Part shown: one piece after another, positions 54,008 through 64,000 of the stretch | Layout of the letters: each line of letters opens with the position of its first letter | Numbering within the stretch: position 1 is the first letter of the stretch | DNA from: Miltoncostaeaceae bacterium | GTDB taxonomy: Bacteria; Actinomycetota; Thermoleophilia; Miltoncostaeales; Miltoncostaeaceae | DNA: 64,000 nt | Direction: 5' to 3' | Assembly: GCA_033856535.1 (NCBI GenBank) | Contig: JAWVEV010000098.1 | Coordinates: 239 to 64,238 of the forward strand | Translations under genes and position numbers: made by a program | Notes under the pieces: model-generated | What the model saw: the letters and a program-made list of their open reading frames with translations, nothing else | Databases searched by the model: none | Told to the model about the DNA's origin: nothing

Positions 54008-55378
54008 CTACGTCTGCGGCCCGCCAGCCAGACGGAAGTTCCGCGTCGTCGCCGTCGCGCCGCGGGGGCCATCCTTGACCGTCACCACGAGGGCGTAGCG
54101 CCCGCCCGCCAGGCGGCCGAGCGTGACGCTCTTCACGCCGGCGCCGAGCCGCCGCTTCACGATCCGGCGCACGACCTTGCCGCCCCGGGTCTTCACGGTG
54201 ATCGTCACGCGCGCGCTCCGGCGCAGCCAGAGCATCGCCGCGGGGGTGCCGTCGACACGGGCCACCCGGAGCCGCTGCAGCGTCGGCACGGCCGCCGCCC
54301 GCACCGCCCGCTGGCCGATCTCGAGGGTCGGCGTGGTGGACGGCGCCTGCGGGTGCGACATCAGGCGCGGGTCGATCGGGCGGTCCGGCTCGTCGGGCTC
54401 GGGTTCCTGCGCCCGGGGCTTGTCGGGGCTCCCGCTCCCGGCCGGCGGGGCCGGTACCAGCACGGGGTCCGGGGTCGGGGTCGGCGGTGGCGCGGCCGCG
54501 CCCTCGGTGGTGAAGAAGAACTGCTGGACCGCCAGCGTGCCGTCGGTCGTGCGCCAGACCACCCGGGCGGTGTAGGTGCCGGCCTCCAGCGGGTTGACCG
54601 GGATCATCACCCCGCCGCCGGCGTAGAGGTCGCCGCCGCTCGCCTCGTCGACCACCCGCACCTCGACCGGGCCGTCCGGGCCGATGAGGCTGGCGTCGGT
54701 CGCGGTGAGCGCGTCGCCGAGGCCGGTCGAGTACAGCAGGATGTTCGGGCCGGTCGGCTGCCCCGCCGGGATGCCGACCGCGGTCTGCGGGACGCCGGTC
54801 GCCGACTGGGCCACCTGGGACCGCGGGACGTCGGCGCGGCCGTTGCCGGGGACGCTGTAGAACTCGGGCGCCCCCGAGGTGAACGCGTCCGGGTCGTACC
54901 GGAAGCGCATGCACTGGAAGCCGTAGCTCTCGAAGTAGCCGGCCTGCCGCATGCCGGGCGCCATGAGCAGGTACATGTGACCGGGCGAGACGTCCCACGG
55001 AGAGCTCGTCGTGGTCCAGCGGCCGTAGCGGGCGAGCACCTCGGAGGCGGTGAAGTCGGTCCCGATGCGCGCGCCCTGCAGGCTGTAGCCCGGCGAGGCC
55101 GGCAGCTCTGCGTGGGTCAGGACGAACCCGTTGAGCGCCATGTACTGGTTGTGCAGCGCGCAGCCCGCGCTCAGCAGGTCGAGCGCCGTGACGCCGGCGG
55201 GGATGCCCTGGGCGGCCCGGCGCGCATTGAGTGCGTCCACCGCCTCCTGGGCGGTCAGGGCCATCGCGATGGTCGGAGCGGCCAGCAGCACGCCGCACGC
55301 GACGGCGGCAGCGGTGAGCAACCGCTCTCCGACCGTCGCGCGGCCGTCCCGCCGCGCCGCCGTCGTCCTGCCCCTCAT
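54008..55378 (-). CDS. secreted hypothetical protein with a Pro-rich linker and a basic C-terminal beta module
   Basis: ATG 55378 behind GGAGGG. Signal peptide. PPPTPTPDP linker. The C-terminus [14 protein letters not shown]...[10 protein letters not shown] resembles the C-terminus of gene 37977-39866. Confidence 0.75.
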   Translation of the reverse strand: MRGRTTAARRDGRATVGERLLTAAAVACGVLLAAPTIAMALTAQEAVDALNARRAAQGIPAGVTALDLLSAGCALHNQYMALNGFVLTHAELPASPGYSLQGARIGTDFTASEVLARYGRWTTTSSPWDVSPGHMYLLMAPGMRQAGYFESYGFQCMRFRYDPDAFTSGAPEFYSVPGNGRADVPRSQVAQSATGVPQTAVGIPAGQPTGPNILLYSTGLGDALTATDASLIGPDGPVEVRVVDEASGGDLYAGGGVMIPVNPLEAGTYTARVVWRTTDGTLAVQQFFFTTEGAAAPPPTPTPDPVLVPAPPAGSGSPDKPRAQEPEPDEPDRPIDPRLMSHPQAPSTTPTLEIGQRAVRAAAVPTLQRLRVARVDGTPAAMLWLRRSARVTITVKTRGGKVVRRIVKRRLGAGVKSVTLGRLAGGRYALVVTVKDGPRGATATTRNFRLAGGPQT

Positions 55379-55692
55379 CCCGACCCTCCAGGCCGACCGC
55401 CCGCATGGTCCCTGTTGCTCGAAGCGCCCTTCGGGCAGGGGTTTGGCGCGAGTCGAAGGCGATCCTCCCTCAGGGTCGCGGGCGGGCGCAAGCTCCCCGG
55501 ACGGGGGGGAACCCCACCTGCAACGCGGTGCGACACCGCGCGTCGTTGCACGGACCCGGCGGCCCGCGTCGCTGTCCGGAGGTCGTCGGGAATCCTGCAG
55601 ATCATGTCGCAGGCCCCGGACGGCGCTCGGAGCGGCGTCCGGAGACGCCGAAGGGCCATAGTTCGTCCGCCGACCGATCGAGGAGACGAACG

Positions 55693-56711
<1,019 letters not shown>

Positions 56712-56715
<4 letters not shown>

Positions 56716-57599
56716 AGACCCAGGCGGGTGAGCATCGCGGGGTCCTCCCGCCAGTGCCGGCGGACCCTGACGGTGAGGTCGAGGTGGACCTCGGTGCCCC
56801 AGGCCCGGGCGAGCGTCGCCCGGGCCGCCGCGCCGATGTCGCGCACCATCGACCCGCCGCGCCCGACCACGATCCCCTTCTGGGACTCGGTCTCGACCAC
56901 GAGGCCGGCGCGCACCACCAGGCCGCCGGTCTTGGCGGGGTCGATCTCCTGGACGTCGACGGCCAGCGCGTGCGGCAGCTCCTGGCGCAGGCGGGCCAGG
57001 GCCGCCTCGCGGATGAGCTCGGCCGCCAGCTCCTCCTCGGTCTGATCGGTCGCCACGCCGGGCGGGAAGAACGCCGGCCCCTCCCCGAGCAGCCGCGGCA
57101 GGTCGGCGCGCAGGGCATCGAGGCCGTCGCCGGTGAGGGCGCTCACCGGGTGGAGGGCGATCAGGTCATCCCCGAGCACGGCCGCCGCCGCCGCGATGGC
57201 CTCGGCGATGCGGCCCGGGTCGACCCGGTCGACCTGGTTCACCACCGCGATCGCCGGTCGCCCCGCCGCCCGCAGGCGCTCGGCGATGAAGCGGTCGCCC
57301 GGGCCGCTGGGCTCGGCGGCGTTCACCACGAAGAGCGCCGCGTCGGCGTCGGCCAGGGTCTGGTCGACCGTCGCCTGCATGCGCGCGGTCAACTGGTCGA
57401 CCGATCGCTGGAACCCGGGCAGATCCAGCAGGACCGCCTGCCAGTCCTCGCCGTGCACGACGGCGCTGATGCGCCGGCGCGAGGTCTGCGGCCGGGGCGA
57501 CACGGCCGCCACGTGCCGGCCCGCGAGCGCGTTGGCGAGCGTGGACTTGCCCACGTTCGGGCGCCCGGCGAGCGCCACCAAACCCGAGCGGTGGCTCAT
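56712..57599 (-). CDS. era: GTPase Era
   Basis: [18 protein letters not shown] and a C-terminal KH domain ([11 protein letters not shown]). Confidence 0.93.
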
Positions 57600-57979
57600 C
57601 GCGGGAACGCGAACGGGTCGGGGAGGAGGTCGGACAACGGGCGCTGGACGATACCGGCGCCCTCGTCCATCACCACCACGATTCCGGCGCCGAACTCGGC
57701 CAGGGTCTGGCGGCAGGCCCCGCAGGGGACGATCGGCGCGCCGTCGGCGCGGGCCACGGCGATGCGCGTGAAGGCCCGTTCGCCGTCGGTCACGGCCCGT
57801 GCCAGCGCCGCCTGCTCGGCGCAGGTGGCGAGCCGGTAGGAGGCGTTCTCGACGTTGACTCCGGGGTACACGGCGCCGGATGCGGCCTCGAGGGCCGCCC
57901 CCACCCGCAGGCCGCTGTACGGGGCGTGAGCATGCTCCGCGGCGGCGCGCGCCGCCGCGTACAGATCCTCAGGACTCAT
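57596..57979 (-). CDS. cdd: cytidine deaminase
   Basis: ATGA overlaps on both sides. CAEQAA and PCGACRQ zinc motifs. Confidence 0.9.
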   Translation of the reverse strand: MSPEDLYAAARAAAEHAHAPYSGLRVGAALEAASGAVYPGVNVENASYRLATCAEQAALARAVTDGERAFTRIAVARADGAPIVPCGACRQTLAEFGAGIVVVMDEGAGIVQRPLSDLLPDPFAFPR

Positions 57980-58779
57980 CCCCATAGCTGGAACAGGATG
58001 ATCGTGAGCCCGGCGCCGAGCACCGCGCCGGCGGCCACCTCGACCGCCGAGTGGATGCCCGCCTCCACGCGCGACTGCGCCACCAGCAGGGCCATCAGGA
58101 ATGCCAGCGTCGAGACCAGCGCGGCGTGCCGCAGCGGCTCGGCCACCACCGTGATCGCGGTCCAGGCGGCGAAGGCCGCCGCCGCGTGGCCGGAGGGCAG
58201 GCCGCCGCGCAGGGGGGTGCCGCGCCCCGTGGCCGCCTTCAGCGCGATGGTCGCGATGACCACCACGATCAGCGCGACCACCACCAGGTGGGTCGGCGAG
58301 CGGCGGACCCCCAGCAGCAGGTCGCCGGTCGGCTGGGTGAAGTGGTCGTAGAAGATCAGGTAGGCGACGCCGAGCGCGTTGACCGTCGCCACCAGCACCG
58401 CGCCGGCCGCCACGTCCTTCGCGATCTTCACCAGCGGGTGGTAGGTGTCGATCACCGCGTCCACGGCCGCCTCGATCGCCGTGTTGAACATCTCGGCGAC
58501 CAGCACCAGGCTGATCGCCCCGAGCACCGCCGCCAGCTCCAGCCGCGACACGTCGAAGAGCAGCCCGAGCACCAGCGCGACCACCGCCGCGCTCATGTGC
58601 ACCTTCATGTTCCGCTGCGTGCGCAGGCAGTAGACGATCCCCTCGAACGCCCAGGTGAAGGACCAGCGCAGTGACTCCTGGGGCGGGAGCCCCGAGGGGT
58701 CCTCGCCGCCCGCGCGGGCCCGGCGCCGCAGCCCGCGGCGCGGGCGCGGCGGACCGGGCGGCGGGTCGGTCGTGGTCAC
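57976..58779 (-). CDS. dgkA: diacylglycerol/undecaprenol kinase (DgkA) fused to a PAP2-type phosphatase domain
   Basis: N-terminal AFEGIVY..RTQRN...VAEMFNTAIEAAVD...AKDVAAGAVL. C-terminal PSGH and SRVEAGIHS PAP2 motifs. Confidence 0.85.
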   Translation of the reverse strand: MTTTDPPPGPPRPRRGLRRRARAGGEDPSGLPPQESLRWSFTWAFEGIVYCLRTQRNMKVHMSAAVVALVLGLLFDVSRLELAAVLGAISLVLVAEMFNTAIEAAVDAVIDTYHPLVKIAKDVAAGAVLVATVNALGVAYLIFYDHFTQPTGDLLLGVRRSPTHLVVVALIVVVIATIALKAATGRGTPLRGGLPSGHAAAAFAAWTAITVVAEPLRHAALVSTLAFLMALLVAQSRVEAGIHSAVEVAAGAVLGAGLTIILFQLWG

Positions 58780-59186
58780 GGTCCCGCGGGCTCGACCAGG
58801 AGCTCGTCCTGAAGGGCGAGCATCTGCCCCTCGTCGGTCTCGTGGTCATAGCCGAGCAGGTGCAGCAGCCCGTGCACGACCAGCGTCTCGAGCGGGTCCT
58901 CGGCGGCGGCCGGGCAGATGATCACGTCGCCGAGCTCGGGCGGCGGACCGTCCTCGGGCCAGCCGTCGGCCAGGTCGGGTCCGTCGAGCGGGAACGAGAG
59001 CACGTCGGTCGCCTTGTCGATCGCGCGGTGCTCGGCGTTCAGCGCGCGCATCCGCTCGGGGCCGACGACCATCAGCCCGATCGTCGCCTCCCCGATCTCG
59101 AGCCGCTCGGCCGTGCGCCGCAGGCACTCCACCAGCGGCGGCGTCTCCACCTCGGGGAGCTCGGACTGGACCTCGACCTCGATCAC
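58776..59186 (-). CDS. ybeY: rRNA maturation endoribonuclease YbeY
   Basis: HGLLHLLGYDH metal motif. 136 aa. Confidence 0.92.
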   Translation of the reverse strand: MIEVEVQSELPEVETPPLVECLRRTAERLEIGEATIGLMVVGPERMRALNAEHRAIDKATDVLSFPLDGPDLADGWPEDGPPPELGDVIICPAAAEDPLETLVVHGLLHLLGYDHETDEGQMLALQDELLVEPAGP

Positions 59187-60154
59187 TTGGCCGGCGCCTC
59201 CTCGGCCACCCCGTACGCGTCGACGATCCGCTGCACCAGCTTGTGTCGCACCACGTCGCGGCGGTCGAGCGGAACGAAGGCGATGTCCTCCACCCCGCTC
59301 AGCACGTCCGTGACGGCCACGAGCCCCGAGCGCCGGTCGCGCGGCAGGTCGATCTGGGTGACGTCCCCGGTGACCACCATGCGCGAGCCGAAGCCCAGCC
59401 GGGTGAGGAACATCTTCATCTGCTCGGTCGTGGTGTTCTGCGCCTCGTCCAGGATGATGAAGCTGTCGTTGAGGGTTCGCCCACGCATGAAGGCGAGCGG
59501 CGCCACCTCGATCTGGCCGCGCGCGAAGAGCGCCTCCACCCGCTCGGCCTCGAGCATGTCGTAGAGCGCGTCGAACAGCGGCCGGAGATACGGGTCGACC
59601 TTCGCCTGCAGGTCGCCCGGCAGGAACCCGAGCCGCTCCCCCGCCTCGACCGCCGGTCGCGTGAGGATGATCCGGCCCACCTGGCGCGCCATGAGCGCCG
59701 CCGTGGCGAGGGCGACGGCGAGGTAGGTCTTCCCCGTGCCGGCCGGGCCGATCCCGAAGGTGATCGTGTGCTTGCGGATCGCGTCGCAGTAGGTCTTCTG
59801 GCCGACCGTGCGCGGCGTGACGGTCGCCTGGCGGTTGCGCCAGATGACGTCGTCGAGGATCCCGCGCACCGGCTGGTCCCCCTCGACCGCGCTGGCGACC
59901 GCCTCGACCGCCGCCGGCCCCAGGCCGCGCCCGGCCCTCACAAGCCCGGCCAGCTCCTCGATGACCGCCTCGGCCGAGGCCACCTCGCGCTGGCCGCCCG
60001 AGAGCGTGAGCCGGTTGCCGCGCAGGTCCAGCGACAGGCGCAGGCGCTCCTCCAGCGAGCGCAGCACGCGGTCCTGCTCCCCGGCCAGCTCGACCGCCAC
60101 CGGGTCGGACAGCTCCATGACCCGCTCCACCCGCGGCTCCTCGCCGGCGCTCAC
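59183..60154 (-). CDS. phoH: PhoH-family ATPase
   Basis: Walker A GPAGTGKTYLAVA and FIILDEAQN. Confidence 0.93.
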   Translation of the reverse strand: MSAGEEPRVERVMELSDPVAVELAGEQDRVLRSLEERLRLSLDLRGNRLTLSGGQREVASAEAVIEELAGLVRAGRGLGPAAVEAVASAVEGDQPVRGILDDVIWRNRQATVTPRTVGQKTYCDAIRKHTITFGIGPAGTGKTYLAVALATAALMARQVGRIILTRPAVEAGERLGFLPGDLQAKVDPYLRPLFDALYDMLEAERVEALFARGQIEVAPLAFMRGRTLNDSFIILDEAQNTTTEQMKMFLTRLGFGSRMVVTGDVTQIDLPRDRRSGLVAVTDVLSGVEDIAFVPLDRRDVVRHKLVQRIVDAYGVAEEAPAK

Positions 60155-60492
60155 ATCGTGTCGGATAGCGGCGCTCCTCCCATGACGTGCCAGTGCAGAT
60201 GGAAGACGCTCTGGCGGGCGTCGGGGCCGTGGTTGGTCGTCACGCGGTAGCCGGAGCCGTCGAGGCCGGCCTCGCTCGCCACCGCGGCGATGAACGGCAG
60301 CATCCCGGCGCGCTCGCCCTCCGACAGCTCGCCGATCGCGGCGATCGAGCCGATGTGGCGGACCGGGATCACCACCAGGTGGACCGGGGCCTTCGGGGAG
60401 ATGTCGCGGAAGGCGACGAAGTCCTCGTCGCGGCGGACCACGTCGGCCGGCGCGTCGCCGGCCGCGATGGCGCAGAAGATGCAGTCAGCCAC
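60151..60492 (-). CDS. HIT (histidine triad) family protein
   Basis: GTG 60492. CIFCAI and HLHWHVMGG. Confidence 0.9.
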   Translation of the reverse strand: MADCIFCAIAAGDAPADVVRRDEDFVAFRDISPKAPVHLVVIPVRHIGSIAAIGELSEGERAGMLPFIAAVASEAGLDGSGYRVTTNHGPDARQSVFHLHWHVMGGAPLSDTM

Positions 60493-61726
60493 GGGGCCTC
60501 CCCTCCAGGTGCTCGCCGGCCAGCCCGGCGACCTCCACGGGCACCAGGTCGCCCGGCTCCCCCGCTCCGGCCGGCAGCACGAAGCGGCTGTAGTCCGCCC
60601 CGAGCCCGGTGAGCGTGCCGTCCTCCAGGCGCTTTTCGACCAGCACCGCATCGCGCCCGCCCACGCGGCCGAGCCGGTGGGCGAAGCCGAGCCGGTCCGA
60701 GAGGTCGCGCAGGCGCCGGCTGCGCTCCTTCTTGGCCTCGGCGGTCACGGCGTCGTCGGCCATCGCGGCGTCGGTTCCCGGACGGGGCGAGTAGCTGAAC
60801 ACGTGGACCTTGCTCATCCCGAGCTCCTCGGCCATCCGGGCGGTCGCCGCGAAGGCCTCCTCCGACTCGCCGGGGAAGCCGACGATCGCGTCGGTGGTGA
60901 GGTTGAGGCCGGGCAGCGCGGCCCTCGCGCGCTCGGCCGCGGCGCGGTACGCGTCGGCCGAGTAGCGCCGGCGCATCGCCCGGAGCACCCCGTCGTCGCC
61001 GCTCTGAAGCGGCACGTGCAGGTGCGGCGCGGCGGTCGGCGTCTCGGCCATGGCGGCCAGGAAGCGCTCGTCGAGGCTGTTCGGCTCGATCGAGGAGACG
61101 CGCAGCCGCGCCAGGCCGTCCAGGCGCCCGAGCGCCCGCACCAGGTCGGCCAGGTCGGCGCCGCCGCGCGGGTCGCGGTAGGTGCCGACGTTGATCCCGG
61201 TGACGACCAGCTCCGGGTGGCCCTCGTCGATCCGCCGGCGGGCGTCGGCCAGGATCCGCGCCAGCGGCCGGCTCTCGGCGCGCCCGCGGGTGGTCGGGAT
61301 GATGCAGAAGGAGCAGGCCGAGTCACAGCCGTTCTGCACCTTGACGAAGGCGCGCGTGCGGCCGGGCAGGCGCGGGGCGTCGTCGGCGCAGGCCGTCCCC
61401 CGCCCCCCGCCCAGCAGGTCCACGATCTCGCGCGCGGCCCGGTCGGCCGAGCCGGGCAGGACCGTCACGCGATCGGCCGCGAACTGGCCGGCGTTCAGGT
61501 TCACCGCGCAGCCCGAGACGAAGGTGCGCCCGCGCCGCGCGCCGCGGTTCACCTGCTGGCGGCTCTTGCGCTCGGCCTCGAGCGTCAGCGCGCAGGTGTT
61601 CACCACGTGGATCTCGGCCGCCTCGGGCGCCGCCTCGCGGTGGCCCGCGTCGAGGAGCGCGTCACGGATCAGGGAGGCGTCGGCCTGGCTCACCTTGCAG
61701 CCCAGGAAACGGACCGAGAACCTAAT
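60485..61726 (-). CDS. mtaB: tRNA methylthiotransferase, MtaB-like (MiaB family radical SAM)
   Basis: FLGCKV, VVNTCA and radical-SAM CDSACSFC motifs. The first cluster Cys codon (61699) precedes the first ATG/GTG/TTG (61693). The 5' end is set at ATT 61726, overlapping the rsmE TAG. CTG 61705 is the alternative. Confidence 0.85.
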   Translation of the reverse strand: MRFSVRFLGCKVSQADASLIRDALLDAGHREAAPEAAEIHVVNTCALTLEAERKSRQQVNRGARRGRTFVSGCAVNLNAGQFAADRVTVLPGSADRAAREIVDLLGGGRGTACADDAPRLPGRTRAFVKVQNGCDSACSFCIIPTTRGRAESRPLARILADARRRIDEGHPELVVTGINVGTYRDPRGGADLADLVRALGRLDGLARLRVSSIEPNSLDERFLAAMAETPTAAPHLHVPLQSGDDGVLRAMRRRYSADAYRAAAERARAALPGLNLTTDAIVGFPGESEEAFAATARMAEELGMSKVHVFSYSPRPGTDAAMADDAVTAEAKKERSRRLRDLSDRLGFAHRLGRVGGRDAVLVEKRLEDGTLTGLGADYSRFVLPAGAGEPGDLVPVEVAGLAGEHLEGRPRG

Positions 61727-62477
61727 GAGGCGCGCCCTCCCCGGTCTCCGCGAAGCGGCCGGACGCCCCCAGGGCGAGGCTCATCGCGACCAGGGCGGCG
61801 GTCTCGGCGCGGAGGGTCACCGGACCCAGGCGGCAGGCCGCCAGGCCGGCGTCGCGGGCGGCGCCCAGCTCGGCCTCGGAGAAGCCGGCCTCGGGCCCGA
61901 CGAAGAGCGCAGCGGGCGACGCGGGGCCGCGCCCCAGGGCGTCGGTCAAGGCCACCTCTCCGCGTGCGTCGATCAGGTATCCCCCGGCCGGTCGGACCTC
62001 GTCCAGCGCGTCGCCGAACGGTACCAGCCCCTCCACCTCCAGCAGGTGCCCGTGGCCCGCCTGCCGAGCCGCCGCGCCGGCCAGCCGGCGCAGGCGATCC
62101 AGGCGCCGCGCGGCGGCCTCGGGAGCCGGCGTGCGCCGGCCCCGCTCGGCCGTCACCAGCACCACCCGCGCGACCCCCAGCTCGGCCGCCTTCTCGACGA
62201 CCAGGTCCAGCCGGTTGCCCTCGATCAGCCCCTGGTAGAGCACGACCGGGGCGGGCGCCGGCGCGGGCCGCGGCGCCTCGACCCGGACCGTCGCCGGCGG
62301 GCCGGTGGCGATCACCGTGGCGGGCCAGAGGCGGCCGGCGCCGTCGGTGAGCTCCAGTCGGTCGCCGGGGCCGCGGCGCACCACCCGCACCAGGTGCCGG
62401 GTGTCCTCCTCCGACAGCGCCACGGTGTCGCCCTCGCGCGGGGCCTCGCTCACCAGATAGCGGAAGACGTGCCTCAC
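61722..62477 (-). CDS. rsmE: 16S rRNA (uracil1498-N3)-methyltransferase
   Basis: The GTG forms a GTGA overlap with prmA. HVFRY...HLVRVVR... and C-terminal GPEAGFS..E. 251 aa. Confidence 0.86.
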   Translation of the reverse strand: MRHVFRYLVSEAPREGDTVALSEEDTRHLVRVVRRGPGDRLELTDGAGRLWPATVIATGPPATVRVEAPRPAPAPAPVVLYQGLIEGNRLDLVVEKAAELGVARVVLVTAERGRRTPAPEAAARRLDRLRRLAGAAARQAGHGHLLEVEGLVPFGDALDEVRPAGGYLIDARGEVALTDALGRGPASPAALFVGPEAGFSEAELGAARDAGLAACRLGPVTLRAETAALVAMSLALGASGRFAETGEGAPH

Positions 62478-63277
62478 GCGCCGTCGCGGAGGAGCAGCAG
62501 CGCGCACCAGTCGGCGCGCTCCCGGCGGTCGGCCGGCTCGAGCCCGAGCGGGGCGAAGCGGGCCGCGGTCGCCTCGACCTCGTGCGGACGGAGGCCGCTG
62601 GCGATGAGCGCCCGCGGGAAGGGCGGCCGCAGCGCCTCCGCCAGGATCGCGAGCACCGTCGCGGTGAGGTTGGCGACCACCGTCGGCGTCTGCGGCAGGC
62701 GGTCGACGCCGATCCGGCGCCGGCCCACGCGCAGGCCGACGCCGTTGCGCCGGGCGTTGTCGACGGCCGCCTCGACGGCCAGCGGGTCGTCGTCGATCGC
62801 CCAGACCGGGTCGAAGCCGAAGCGCCGGGCGGCGATCGCCAGCACCCCCGACCCGGTGCCGGCGTCGAGCAGCGGGCCGGGCTCGAGGCCGGCGAGCAGC
62901 TCGAGGCAGCCGTGAGTGGTGGCGTGCTGGCCGGTGCCGAACGCCATGGCCGGATCGATCTCGACGTCGAGCAGCCCGGCCCGTGGCGGCTCCCACGGCG
63001 GGCGCACGAGCAGCCGGCCGGCGACCTCGATCGGCCGATGGAAGGCGCGCATCGACGCCTGCCAGTCGCTCTGCTCCCGTCCCGCCGTCACGGCCACGGC
63101 GTGGCCCAGCGCGCCCAGGCGGTCGCGCAGGTCCGCGGGGTCGGGCGCGCGCCGCGGCTCGACCCAGAAGTCGAGCGCGATCCGGCCCTCGGCGACGGGA
63201 CGCTCCGCGCAGCCGGTCCCGAGCAGCGCGCAGGCATCCGCGAGCACCGCCTCGGCGACGGCCTCCGCGGCCGTCAC
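62474..63277 (-). CDS. prmA: ribosomal protein L11 methyltransferase
   Basis: IDPAMAFGTGQHATT and LLDAGTGSGVLAIAA. The true N-terminus may lie a few codons upstream (ELVRLTV) with no canonical start. Confidence 0.86.
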   Translation of the reverse strand: MTAAEAVAEAVLADACALLGTGCAERPVAEGRIALDFWVEPRRAPDPADLRDRLGALGHAVAVTAGREQSDWQASMRAFHRPIEVAGRLLVRPPWEPPRAGLLDVEIDPAMAFGTGQHATTHGCLELLAGLEPGPLLDAGTGSGVLAIAARRFGFDPVWAIDDDPLAVEAAVDNARRNGVGLRVGRRRIGVDRLPQTPTVVANLTATVLAILAEALRPPFPRALIASGLRPHEVEATAARFAPLGLEPADRRERADWCALLLLRDGA

Positions 63278-63293
63278 CGTCAGGCGGACGAGC

Positions 63294-64000
63294 TCAGCGG
63301 AAGGCTGACTTGATCCGGTCGAAGAAGCCCTCGTCCTCGCGATAGCTCTTCTCGGTGAGCTGCTCGCCGAGGCGCGCCACGGCGGCGCGCCCGTCCTCGG
63401 TGATCACGCGCGGCACCTTCACCTCGACCACCACGCGCTGGTCGCCGCGGCCGCGGGCGCCGATCGCCGGGAAGCCCTTGCCGCGCAGCACGAGCTCGTC
63501 GTTGGGCTGGGTGCCGGGCCGCAGCTCCATCTCGGTCTCGCCCTCGACCGTGGGCACGACGATCGTGGCGCCGGTCATGGCGTCGGTAACCGGGACCGCG
63601 ATGCGGGTGACGATGTCGAGCCCGTCGCGCTCGAAGCGCTCGTCCTCGGTCACGGCCACCTGCACGTAGAGGTCGCCGGCCGGGGCGCCGGTGTCCCCCG
63701 CGTGGCCCTCCCCGGTGATCCGGATCTGCTGGCCGTGCGCGATGCCGGCGGGGATGTCCACGGTCCGCTGGCGTCGCCCTGGGCGGACGCCGCGCCCGCG
63801 GCAGTCCGGGCAGGCCTCCTCCGGCACCTGGCCGGCGCCCTGGCACTGCGGGCAGACCTGCGCGCGCACGAACTGGCCGAAGGGCCCGCGCGTGACCTGC
63901 CGCACCTGGCCCTCGCCGGCGCAGGTGGCGCACCGGACGATCTCGGCCCCCGGCGCGGCGCCGGTGCCCTCGCAGGTCTCACAGGCGCCGAGAGCCTCGT
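63294..64000 (-). CDS. dnaJ: molecular chaperone DnaJ (3' part; the 5' end lies beyond the window)
   Basis: CxxCxGxG zinc-finger repeats (CATCAGEG, CPQCQGAG, CPDCRGRG) and a C-terminal substrate-binding domain. Confidence 0.92.
   Translation of the reverse strand, partial: EALGACETCEGTGAAPGAEIVRCATCAGEGQVRQVTRGPFGQFVRAQVCPQCQGAGQVPEEACPDCRGRGVRPGRRQRTVDIPAGIAHGQQIRITGEGHAGDTGAPAGDLYVQVAVTEDERFERDGLDIVTRIAVPVTDAMTGATIVVPTVEGETEMELRPGTQPNDELVLRGKGFPAIGARGRGDQRVVVEVKVPRVITEDGRAAVARLGEQLTEKSYREDEGFFDRIKSAFR

Noticed and set aside
63277-63300. A fourth non-canonical start, for prmA. The N-terminal consensus-like ELVRLTV lies upstream of GTG 63277.
   Set aside because: GTG 63277 or CTG 63283 would remove only a few non-catalytic residues, and no start-like codon sits at a convincing position. 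The evidence is too weak.

Overview
This is a 64-kb stretch of a very GC-rich bacterial chromosome, judged by eye and not computed. Third codon positions are almost all G/C, so every frame carries long spurious Arg/Pro/Ala-rich ORFs. Gene content looks actinobacterial in type: LLM/F420-like oxidoreductase, ImuB plus DnaE2 behind Gram-positive-type LexA boxes, TatA, truncated haemoglobin, ECF sigma. I cannot place it more precisely.

I support about 80 protein-coding genes. I found no rRNA, tRNA, CRISPR array, transposase, integrase or phage gene.

Recognisable blocks:
- Acyl-CoA ligase, an ABC-2 exporter, a nitroreductase and a YcaQ-like gene (1-7.4 kb).
- A patch of small secreted or hypothetical genes (7.4-10.4 kb).
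- An LLM-hemerythrin fusion (10.3-11.9 kb).
- A split SOS mutagenesis cassette: imuB at 12.7 kb and dnaE2 at 20.4 kb, each behind the identical palindrome CGAACATGTGTTCG.
- Two tatA paralogs around a ferritin-like gene and an mscS gene (14.2-16.7 kb).
- idi and an MFS transporter (16.7-18.9 kb).
- A complete Bacillus-style PHA cluster, phaQ-phaP-phaR-phaC-phaA-phaB-phaJ (27.0-32.3 kb).
- erpA, followed by a MarR/dioxygenase/esterase quinone-type module (34.3-37.9 kb).
- An ECF sigma/anti-sigma locus with a duplicated unknown sensor domain (41.2-45.4 kb).
- ccmH-tlpA, then deoC-hisIE-trpEGDC (46.3-52.8 kb).
- An Fpg/Nei glycosylase (52.9-53.7 kb).
- The conserved dnaJ-prmA-rsmE-mtaB-HIT-phoH-ybeY-dgkA-cdd-era cluster (56.7-64.0 kb).

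Most interesting observations:
- The ECF locus, where an unrecognised 'APWGYD' extracytoplasmic domain occurs both on the anti-sigma and on the first gene of a divergent, translationally coupled operon.
- The leaderless-looking SOS cassette, which lacks imuA' but carries a small DUF6504-like gene after imuB.
- Three conserved genes whose essential N-termini precede any ATG/GTG/TTG, implying CTG, ATT/CTG and ATC starts.
- Eight convergent gene pairs that share a 4-nt stop-stop overlap, mostly CTAG.
- An untracked 33-aa CC-x5-C-x2-C basic peptide ORF.

All family names come from motif recognition by eye. No database search was run.
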